A stretch of 64,000 nucleotides of DNA from Escherichia coli. Its GTDB lineage: Bacteria; Pseudomonadota; Gammaproteobacteria; Enterobacterales; Enterobacteriaceae. A program made the translations under genes and the position numbers. Shown piece after piece: positions 21,254-29,249 of the stretch. The stretch lies in assembly GCF_003019035.1 (NCBI RefSeq), contig NZ_CP027447.1. One strand, 5' to 3'. Below the pieces are notes generated by a model, which searched no databases, had not been told where the DNA came from, and saw only the letters and a program-made list of their open reading frames with translations. The number at the start of each line of letters is the position of its first letter. The stretch's first letter is position 1.

Positions 21254-24200
21254 GGAATAGTTCCTGTAGGCAATGGTATATGAGTATCATTTGCAGCTCC
21301 TGGATTATAATTCGGACTTTTAGTTTTCAAATCAGATGTATGATGCCAACTGCCATCAGGAGAACCATACTCCCAACCATAGCCTTGATTAGTCGCAGGA
21401 TTTGTTCCACTTTGGCTTCTACCAATCCTATATATGGGGCCATTGGCAGAATTACTCCCTGCTGGAGCAGTAGGGTTTACATCATGAGCCCTTACTTCAT
21501 ATTTATAATTTCCGACGGTGAATTTTTCTTTAAATTTTATAGGGTAGTTATGCCCAGACAAGCCTTGCCGATGTAAAGCATAATTTAACACATCCTGCGG
21601 TGAGGTATTTTTAATTGCTTGATGCGCTTGTGCTGCTGTCATACCTTGAGAACGATTGTATTTATACCAATCATACATCACAGGACATATAGCTAATCCC
21701 AAAGGATCAACATACCCCAGCGGATTAGGCACATACCGGTAAGTCTGCTCACCCCCCAGCAACCCCAGTGGATCACTCACCAGGTACATCCCGGTTTCCG
21801 GCTCGTAATACCGGAACCGGTTATAGCACAGCCCCGATTCCGCATCCTGCCACTGCCCCGCATACAGCAGGCCGGGGTCGGCTTCCGGGTCCAGCTCCCC
21901 GCGCGGGTCCGGGTAGCCGGTGTCTGCGGGCAGGCTGAGTGCCAGCCCCCACAGGCTGGTCTGCCCCGGTCGCCAGACGGTTTTACCTTCACTGTTAAAG
22001 AGCACCAGCGGACGGCCCGTCAGGTCGCTCACCGCATGATTCGTTCGCGTCACCCACTGCGGGGCCACGGACGGATGCGGCTGCCGTACCCGGCTGAACT
22101 GCTGACTCAGCAGCTCAAAGCCGTTAAACACCAGGTGCCGTACGCTGTACAGTTTATCATCCCGGTATTCCCGCATTTCCGCAATACTGTCGCCGTCCCA
22201 CAGATACGTAAAACGGATTTTCTTCCGGTCGCAGCGTTTTTCCGTCCGCCTGCCGCTGGCGTCGTGGCGGTATTCCCACTGCTCACCCTGTGCGCTGCAA
22301 TACCCGGTCAGCTGGTCCCGGCTGTCCCACCGGAACCGCTCTGTTTCCGGGCGGTAGCCGTCACGGTGTCTGGTGCGGCTGACCATCCGGCCTGCGGCGT
22401 CATAGCTGTAGTCTGTGTTTCCGGTCTGTTTCAGCCGGTGGCCGCGCTGATACATGTCAGTATCCACGCTTATCCGGTGCCTGCCCGCCGACTGCGCCTT
22501 CAGGTAGCCACAACTGTCATAGCCATAGGACTCATCGCCTTCGCCATAGCCCAGCCCGGTGCCTGAGGCTGTCACCGCCGTGACCTGGCCGTTCCGGTCC
22601 AGCCGGTACTCCCGCCGTGTTTCCCGTCCGTAGTCTTCCCGGCTGGTGACAGCCGACATATTGCCCGCGCTGTCGTAACGGTACTCCCGCACCAGTGAGG
22701 GGAGCAGTCCGCCCCATGTGGCTTCCGCCGGGAAAAGTCCGGCGCGCTGGCTGGTAAGCTGACCGGCTGCATTCCAGCCCTGCTCACAGGCAAAACCCCG
22801 GTTACTGTGCCGGAGCACTTCACGTCCTGCCTCATCACGGCTGAACGTCAGCGTCTCATCCCCCGGCAGGATAACCTCCGTCAGTTCTCCGGCGGCGTTG
22901 TAGCGGTAGGTGGTTTTCAGCAGGGATTCACCGGGGTGTCTGTCGCGTTCATCTTCCGGTGGCAGGATACAGCGGATGACGGTGTGTTCATCGGGGTGGT
23001 GGTATTCAATGGCCCGTCGGCCCTGAGTGGTGACATTCACCCGCCCGCGTTCGTCATAGCCGGTGCGCTGTGATGTACCGTCCGGGCTGAAGATACCCGT
23101 CAGCCTGCCGGATTTGTCATAGGCATACTGCGTTTTGCCTTCCGGCGAGATGACTTCTGCCAGGCGGCCTGCGGCGTCCCGGCTGTAGAGGATAGTTTCC
23201 TCCAGGCCGTTAACCCTGGCGGTACAAAGGCCATCGGCGTCATAGCGGTAACGCCAGACCACGCCGCCCCAGTCACGCTCTTCCGTCACCCGTCCACAGT
23301 TGTCCAGAATATAACGGTATGACTCGCCCTGCGGATTGATGACTTCTGTCAGTTGCAGCGTGTCTTTATCGTAGCGGTACTGCCAGCGGTGGCCTTCACC
23401 GTCCGTTCGCGCCACCGGCAAATCGAACGGGCCGTATTCCATCGTCCAGACAACGCCGTTGCCGTCCGTCCAGGCCAGCAGGTTGCCGTGGCGGTCATAG
23501 CGAAATCCTTCCGCGCCGGTGCCAGTGCGTTCAAGGCCGCTCAGTTTATGGTGCTGCTGCCACCGTAACCGCACTGACTGACCGCCGGGGCCGCGCATCT
23601 TCACCGGCAGGTCGTGACCGCTGTATTCGGTGTGGTGTTCACGGCCCATCACGTCGGTGAGTGTTTCCGGCCGGTTGTGGTGGTCGTACTCTATGCCCAG
23701 ACGCCGTTCATCCTGGCGGAATATCCCCGACAGCAGCCCCTGCGGCGTGTACGCCAGCCGGGTCTCTTCGCCCTGTGGCGACACCAGACTTACCGGCAGG
23801 CCGCGTTCATCACACTGCTGCGTCCACATCTGCCCGGCAGGGTCGGTGATGTTGCTGAGCAGGCCGCGCTCATCATAGCAGTACTGCCACTCCGCACCGT
23901 CTGCCGCCGTGTAACGGCTTAACTGACCGTGTGCGGCGTTGTATTCAAACTTCTCCACCCGCCCGGCAGGGGAGTGGCGGGCCAGCAGGTGATGGAATTC
24001 ATCCCATTCATACATGGTGGTGCTGCCGTCCGGCGCTGCTTCCCGCAGAATATTGCCGTCAGGATCATAGTAATAACGGTGAATGCCCTTGCCGTCCGTC
24101 ACGGTGGTGCAGCCGTCACCATAGTCCAGCGTGGCGTTGTAATAGCCCTCCGCCCCGGTGACGGTCACGCACCGGCCCTGTGCATCGTAGGTGAAACGGC

Positions 24201-26103
24201 TCCACGTCTGGTCGTTATCGGACCAGCGGATGATCCGGTCCGCAGCGTCGTACTCATAAAACAGGTGGTAGTCCAGCCGCGCATCCGCTTCTGTCAGCCG
24301 CCCCCGCGCATCCTGTTCGTAGGTCGCCAGCATCTGTATGCCGTTATCCGTACGGTGAATGGCTTTCAGGTAGCCGCTGGCATGGTACGTCAGTTTAAGC
24401 CGGATCCCGTCGGTGTGACTGACACCCATGATGCGGTACTGGCTGTCGCGCTCAAACGTGATGCGGTTGCTGGCGGTGTCGCTCATCCCGCCCAGCATGT
24501 ACATCCGGTCTGCGGGGCTGTGTGCCAGACGGTCATCGCAGGTATCGTCAGTCACCGGGTGGCGCAGGCGCATTCCCGGAAAGGCGTCATAAAAGAAGCG
24601 GCTGCTCAGTGCATCACGGTCGAACAGCTCCAGGTAATCGTCGCGGCGGCGCAGAATGTACTGGGCGTGATACGGGTTAACCGCCGTATCACTGTCACCG
24701 TCGAAGGCAAATCTCAGCGTGGTTCCCTGGCTGATGATATCCACCCGGTTTCCCTGTTCACGCACCCAGGCGTATTCGCTCCAGGAGTCGCTCCAGCCCA
24801 CGCCCGTCAGACCATGCAGCGGCAGTACAGAACTGTGGAAACGGGTGAAGGAGAGGGGGAGTGTCTGGCCCAGCGTAAAGTCGGTACGTTCGTCGCAGTA
24901 TGCGCCGGTTACCGGATCGACAGGATCTGTTACCCATCTGATGACTTTATTGGCAATACTTTTTAACGACTTACCTGTTTTCCCCAGCAACGCGCCGAGC
25001 TTTGCCCCCAGCAGCTTCCCGCTTTTCCCCAGCAGGTTTCCCAGTTTGCCGAGTTTCGCCAGATTCCCCAGTTTTCCCAGCAGTCCCGCGGGCGGCAGAA
25101 GATAGCTGGCTATCGTTATTCCCCCCAGGATCATTCTCTGCCACGGCGGGAACTCCGGCTGGATATCCAGATAGGTCACCTGTTCACCGCCAATAAAGAC
25201 GTCCGGCGAACCTTCCACGATTGCCGCGCTGCACTCCAGTTTGTCCCCTTTGCGTGCGGCAGTCTGATTGTTGATAAAGACGTTGCTGCTGCCCTGGGCT
25301 ATCCTCGGTGGTTTGTTCTCCTTGTCGCAGAGCGCCGTGTCCTCACCGGCTTCCGGGAAATCCACGTCTTTTTTGATTTCGCCACGCCCGCCCACCATGG
25401 TGGCAAACTCCATTAATACCGGACCGGCGGGAAACAGAAGCGATGCGCCGGCGCTGACGCGATCCATAATACCGGCATTGCTGTCCGTCAGGGTGATAAC
25501 AGCGTTCCCCCAGGCCTTCGCCAGTGGTACTGCTTTTTCCGCTGCCGATTCAAGCAGGTCAGTGGCAATATCACCCCATGAGGGTTCCCCCTGTGGTGGA
25601 GAGGGTATTGCTTCAGTCAGGGGAGGAGGGGGAAGGGTGACGGCGGCCCTGGCAGCGGGCTTTCCGTTAATGTTTACATTTTTAGAACCAGTATTGATGG
25701 CCCCGTCCGTGTCACAAAAACTGTTTATCCATGATTCAAGCTGGTTCTGTTTCTCCTCCACATAATCACTCGCCTTATAGCTGGCATACATCAGCGCAGG
25801 CACCAGAACCAGCGCATAAGGGCCGGTGGCACAGGCGGCCATAATCAGGCAACCTTCTGCGATGGTCACTATCGCCCCCAGCACGGCCCCTGCCAGCGCC
25901 CCCAAAAAACTCTTGTGCTGAATTTCATCGCCCAGCCTGGCTGCGGGGGGGCCAGACTTTTTTGATGCCAACATCTGTGCAATGGCTTTGTCGTTGGCTG
26001 CCCGTTTCATCTGGCTGGCGACCATCGCCTGCTGTGACAGCATTCGCATTGCCAGCGTACCGCCTGCGGTCGCTCCCTGTGGCCCGCCTGGTCCTTCACT
26101 CAT
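21250..26103 (-). CDS. rhs: T6SS prePAAR/PAAR-Rhs polymorphic toxin (1617 aa) with a 147-aa variable C-terminal toxin domain
   Basis: The N-terminus carries the prePAAR motif AARLGDEIQH and two hydrophobic helices. PAAR-like motifs follow (INGKPAARA, INNQTAARKGD, VFIGGE). The Rhs core starts at RWVTDPVDPVTGAY and contains many YD repeats. The core ends at DPLGLLGGEQTYRYVPNPLGYVDPLGL, followed by an unrelated AT-rich tip (21253-21693). Confidence 0.93.
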   Translation of the reverse strand: MSEGPGGPQGATAGGTLAMRMLSQQAMVASQMKRAANDKAIAQMLASKKSGPPAARLGDEIQHKSFLGALAGAVLGAIVTIAEGCLIMAACATGPYALVLVPALMYASYKASDYVEEKQNQLESWINSFCDTDGAINTGSKNVNINGKPAARAAVTLPPPPLTEAIPSPPQGEPSWGDIATDLLESAAEKAVPLAKAWGNAVITLTDSNAGIMDRVSAGASLLFPAGPVLMEFATMVGGRGEIKKDVDFPEAGEDTALCDKENKPPRIAQGSSNVFINNQTAARKGDKLECSAAIVEGSPDVFIGGEQVTYLDIQPEFPPWQRMILGGITIASYLLPPAGLLGKLGNLAKLGKLGNLLGKSGKLLGAKLGALLGKTGKSLKSIANKVIRWVTDPVDPVTGAYCDERTDFTLGQTLPLSFTRFHSSVLPLHGLTGVGWSDSWSEYAWVREQGNRVDIISQGTTLRFAFDGDSDTAVNPYHAQYILRRRDDYLELFDRDALSSRFFYDAFPGMRLRHPVTDDTCDDRLAHSPADRMYMLGGMSDTASNRITFERDSQYRIMGVSHTDGIRLKLTYHASGYLKAIHRTDNGIQMLATYEQDARGRLTEADARLDYHLFYEYDAADRIIRWSDNDQTWSRFTYDAQGRCVTVTGAEGYYNATLDYGDGCTTVTDGKGIHRYYYDPDGNILREAAPDGSTTMYEWDEFHHLLARHSPAGRVEKFEYNAAHGQLSRYTAADGAEWQYCYDERGLLSNITDPAGQMWTQQCDERGLPVSLVSPQGEETRLAYTPQGLLSGIFRQDERRLGIEYDHHNRPETLTDVMGREHHTEYSGHDLPVKMRGPGGQSVRLRWQQHHKLSGLERTGTGAEGFRYDRHGNLLAWTDGNGVVWTMEYGPFDLPVARTDGEGHRWQYRYDKDTLQLTEVINPQGESYRYILDNCGRVTEERDWGGVVWRYRYDADGLCTARVNGLEETILYSRDAAGRLAEVISPEGKTQYAYDKSGRLTGIFSPDGTSQRTGYDERGRVNVTTQGRRAIEYHHPDEHTVIRCILPPEDERDRHPGESLLKTTYRYNAAGELTEVILPGDETLTFSRDEAGREVLRHSNRGFACEQGWNAAGQLTSQRAGLFPAEATWGGLLPSLVREYRYDSAGNMSAVTSREDYGRETRREYRLDRNGQVTAVTASGTGLGYGEGDESYGYDSCGYLKAQSAGRHRISVDTDMYQRGHRLKQTGNTDYSYDAAGRMVSRTRHRDGYRPETERFRWDSRDQLTGYCSAQGEQWEYRHDASGRRTEKRCDRKKIRFTYLWDGDSIAEMREYRDDKLYSVRHLVFNGFELLSQQFSRVRQPHPSVAPQWVTRTNHAVSDLTGRPLVLFNSEGKTVWRPGQTSLWGLALSLPADTGYPDPRGELDPEADPGLLYAGQWQDAESGLCYNRFRYYEPETGMYLVSDPLGLLGGEQTYRYVPNPLGYVDPLGLAICPVMYDWYKYNRSQGMTAAQAHQAIKNTSPQDVLNYALHRQGLSGHNYPIKFKEKFTVGNYKYEVRAHDVNPTAPAGSNSANGPIYRIGRSQSGTNPATNQGYGWEYGSPDGSWHHTSDLKTKSPNYNPGAANDTHIPLPTGTIP
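21694..22335 (-). repeat. direct repeat copy 2 (rhs core 3' end, in the full-length gene)
   Basis: Homologous to 20217-20850; see the orphan fragment. Confidence 0.8.
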
Positions 26104-26122
26104 GTGTTATCCCTCGTTTATG

Positions 26123-26584
26123 TCAGCGCGGCTGGTCCTTTTGGATGTCATTCTCCGGTGGCAACGGGGTGAAGCTCTTTATCACCTCCAGCAGCATCGT
26201 CTTTTGACTGTTCTTCAGGGATAAGGAGGTGCTGAAAGTGAAGGTCAGCAGCGTATCTCCACGCCGCTGGAATACGGCTATCTGGCTAATCCGCCCCTGA
26301 TTCCCTTCATCTTCCGGACCGTTCCAGGAATAATCCAGCAGCCAGGCCGGGGCCTCTGCCAGAGTGATTTCCCGGCAGGCATGTTCGGTGTACCCATCAA
26401 GTTTGCCCTGGTACAGCGCCAGCGTTTCCTGGTACAGCTCTGGTGTCAGGGTTCCCTGTGGAACGGCTTCGCGGGTAATGACCAGGTTGATGCCACTGTT
26501 ATCTGTGGACACCAGGACCTGCATTGACTGATCCTGCCATTGAGACGGCAGTTGAATGTGGCCTTCATTAAAAGTGAACTGCAT
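26123..26584 (-). CDS. DUF1795 (DcrB-like) Eag-family effector chaperone
   Basis: 153-aa ORF (MQFTFNEGHIQLPSQWQDQSMQVLV...) located between vgrG and the prePAAR-Rhs gene, with an AGGGAG SD. Its size, N-terminal pattern and position are typical of EagR/SciW chaperones. Confidence 0.8.
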   Translation of the reverse strand: MQFTFNEGHIQLPSQWQDQSMQVLVSTDNSGINLVITREAVPQGTLTPELYQETLALYQGKLDGYTEHACREITLAEAPAWLLDYSWNGPEDEGNQGRISQIAVFQRRGDTLLTFTFSTSLSLKNSQKTMLLEVIKSFTPLPPENDIQKDQPR

Positions 26585-26611
26585 AAAATACTCCCTGTTA
26601 ATCTGAGTGAA

Positions 26612-28513
26612 TCAGTTGATGAAAACAGAACCGCCCACGATGGTGATGCCATCCTTCGACAGCCTGATTACCGTCGATTCCCCGACCTGTAGCTGTATGC
26701 CATCCGGCGTCAGCGCAATTTTGCTTTCCTCCACGGCCAGCAAAATTTCCTTAATCGCCGTATAAGCCTGTATACCGTCGCCTTCGCCACCATTGTTTAC
26801 AGCGTCAACATGCACCGAACCGGCAATCGTGCCTCTGTCCTGAAAGACATCCTCAGATAAAGACCCTTTCAGTACTCCGGTGATCTTGTGGCCTTTTTCC
26901 ACCGTAAGAAGGCGGTTACCTTCCTGGATCGTGACCGTCTGGTCATTTTTTACGGTTTCGCGGTGATCGTGTTTTACGGTGGTGGTACGGTCGTTGAGCA
27001 CTTCGGTATCCATGTTCTTCTGCGCGTGGATGTAGACCTGTTCTCTCCCTGTCGCATCATCAAACTTCAGCTCATTAAATCCGCTGCCCATGTACGTTTT
27101 GGAGCGGATGGTCATCTGCGTCTTTGTTCCCGGCAGGCTGCCGGGGGTGCGGTTTTCCTGGTGGTAGGTGCGCCCCATAATGATCGGCTGGTCCGGATCG
27201 CCGTTGAGGAAGTCTACAATCACTTCCTGACCCACACGCGGTATCGCCAGGTGGCCAAAACCGGTGCCTGCCCACGCCTGTGCCACACGGATCCAGCACG
27301 AACTGTCTTGGTCTGCCGGGTTATAACGGTCCCAGTTGAACTTCACCCGCACGCGACCATGTTCGTCGCAGAAGATTTCCTCGCCTGCCGGTCCTGTCAC
27401 GACAGCGCTCTGCGGGCCGTCGACCAGCGGTTTCAGCAACGGCTGTGGTCGCCATGTTCTGTCTGCCGGGATCACCGCAAAATGGTTCTCCAGCGCCGTC
27501 CCCGCTCCCTGCCGTCCTGGCACCGCCTGTGGCTGTTCGCCGTGCAGTTCACTTGCCACCACCTGCCATTCCCGGTTCAGGTTCGCCTGCGGATGCCCCG
27601 TCAGCACAATTCGTCGTCCCGGCCATATCTCCGGCGAGCGACTCATTCCCCGCGCGGTTTCTGCATTGTTTCGCCAGCCGTCCATCTGCCAGCGGGCAAA
27701 GTTCTGCCCGTGGGCACCCTTGAAACGTCCGGGGTAGTCATACACTTCATACTGCGTGCGCTGGTAGTCCTGGTGCTGGCCTTCCTGTTCAAAACGTCCG
27801 GCCCAGCCGGGGCGTTTAAAGGTGTAGTCTTTGGTCACCACGGAAGAAGGGCGGATTTGTGCGCTGTAGCGGAACTGGCTGATGCAGAGGGTGCTCACCT
27901 CGGTACGGGTGTTCGGGTTCCATGGGATTTCAAAAGATTCGGGCAGATGGCGGACTGTGTCGCACAGCACCAGGCTCTGGTCGGTACTTTTGTAAGCATG
28001 CTCCTCATAAAAGAAGATGCCTTCCTCCGCCGCCATCCGGCACAGGAAATCGTAATCAGTCTCACCGTACTGGACACAAAACTCACGGGAAGGATGCGGC
28101 TCGCTGAACAGCGGACTCCATTCGGTCACCCCGTTTTCCTGCAACATCGTGCCGAGGATGCTTTTGATGTCCTCGTTCTGGAAGATACGGAAGTTCTGGC
28201 GCAGACCGGCACGCCACAGCGGCGGGTGCACCTTCATGCTGTACAGCATCTGGTTTTTGTCGTTCTCCCCCAGTTCAAACCAGGTCACCACGCCTTTCAC
28301 CCGGCGCTGTACTTCATCGCCCTGCCATATCGTCAGGTAGGCCATTTTGTCCAGCACCTGCGCAAATTCAAGGGAGAGAAACTGCTGGCTGACCAGGGAG
28401 AGATCGAGGGAAAAGAGCGAAGAGAGTGACTGGTTCAGATGAAAGGAAACCACCGCAAAAGCATCCGGCGGCAGGCCGTCCACTTCCAGTGTGAAACGTA
28501 ATCCGGTTGACAT
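26612..28513 (-). CDS. vgrG: T6SS spike protein VgrG
   Basis: 633-aa ORF with a gp27-like N-terminus (MSTGLRFTLEVDGLP...) and a gp5-like OB and beta-helix region (VGQEVIVDFLNGDPDQPIIMGRTYH). A GGAGG SD lies 8 nt upstream. Confidence 0.93.
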   Translation of the reverse strand: MSTGLRFTLEVDGLPPDAFAVVSFHLNQSLSSLFSLDLSLVSQQFLSLEFAQVLDKMAYLTIWQGDEVQRRVKGVVTWFELGENDKNQMLYSMKVHPPLWRAGLRQNFRIFQNEDIKSILGTMLQENGVTEWSPLFSEPHPSREFCVQYGETDYDFLCRMAAEEGIFFYEEHAYKSTDQSLVLCDTVRHLPESFEIPWNPNTRTEVSTLCISQFRYSAQIRPSSVVTKDYTFKRPGWAGRFEQEGQHQDYQRTQYEVYDYPGRFKGAHGQNFARWQMDGWRNNAETARGMSRSPEIWPGRRIVLTGHPQANLNREWQVVASELHGEQPQAVPGRQGAGTALENHFAVIPADRTWRPQPLLKPLVDGPQSAVVTGPAGEEIFCDEHGRVRVKFNWDRYNPADQDSSCWIRVAQAWAGTGFGHLAIPRVGQEVIVDFLNGDPDQPIIMGRTYHQENRTPGSLPGTKTQMTIRSKTYMGSGFNELKFDDATGREQVYIHAQKNMDTEVLNDRTTTVKHDHRETVKNDQTVTIQEGNRLLTVEKGHKITGVLKGSLSEDVFQDRGTIAGSVHVDAVNNGGEGDGIQAYTAIKEILLAVEESKIALTPDGIQLQVGESTVIRLSKDGITIVGGSVFIN

Positions 28514-29249
28514 AGCAACCTCCAGTAAAATGAATAATGATCCGTACCGTACAACTGCGGATAATGTGATAAGCGGGACGACTTCAGACGTTATTAGGGA
28601 AGGAACAGAAAATGCTATGGTTATGTGAGAATTTTGTTTAAATATTACTTTACAGAAACGGGTGTCTGTTCAGTCAAAAAAATAATCACAAGCTCAACCT
28701 CTTGTTTCTTGGCGTTATTCAGGACAGGTACGCATATCACAACGAGTAACAAAAACGCAAAGTTAAACCAATATTCATAATATATTTTTATTCACAGCAA
28801 TAAATAATCCAATTAACATTATTAAAATGAATGATTGCATAAGAAATATATGCTACCGCTCCACCCTGATAACATGATCTGCACATTGCACATCTTAACG
28901 TTGTTAAATACTGGCTCAATAGTGGATATTTTAAATTAGGAATTTATCAAATTCACTTGATAAATAGATTGAGTGAATAATATAACAATTAATGATGATT
29001 AATCGCGATTAAATTATTCATTGCTTTATATGATAGATGGCTTGTTTATAACGATGAAAATTTAGAAAGGGCATTGTGATCTACAATTGGAAGAAACACA
29101 GATTTAACTAAGTTTCATATACAAACATCTCGTGAAACTTTGAAAAATAAAAGCCTTCGATATTTCATATGTTTAATAAGTTTTTCTCTAATTTGTTGAT
29201 CAACAATACCAGGAGGTGATGCACCACGCCCTGAATTTGAACTTAATAA

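Noticed and set aside
24960-25090. Reiterated tttcccag/ccccagcag DNA units that look superficially like a short tandem-repeat or mini-array.
   Set aside because: They are in frame within the rhs ORF and simply encode the GKLG(N)L low-complexity peptide. There are no spacers and no CRISPR-like repeat structure. No CRISPR array is present anywhere in the window.
25945-25963. G7 homopolymer (25945-25951) and T6 run (25958-25963) near the 5' end of rhs, considered as a possible slipped-strand phase-variation switch.
   Set aside because: Seven residues is short for contingency loci in E. coli. The tract encodes the ..KKSGPP.. residues immediately preceding the conserved prePAAR motif, so it is most simply ordinary coding sequence.
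29000-29013. Perfect 14-bp palindrome ttaatcgcgattaa and nearby 7-bp inverted repeats in the vgrG leader.
   Set aside because: Short palindromes are expected by chance in very AT-rich DNA. I cannot link them to any known operator consensus, so they are mentioned only as part of the leader finding.
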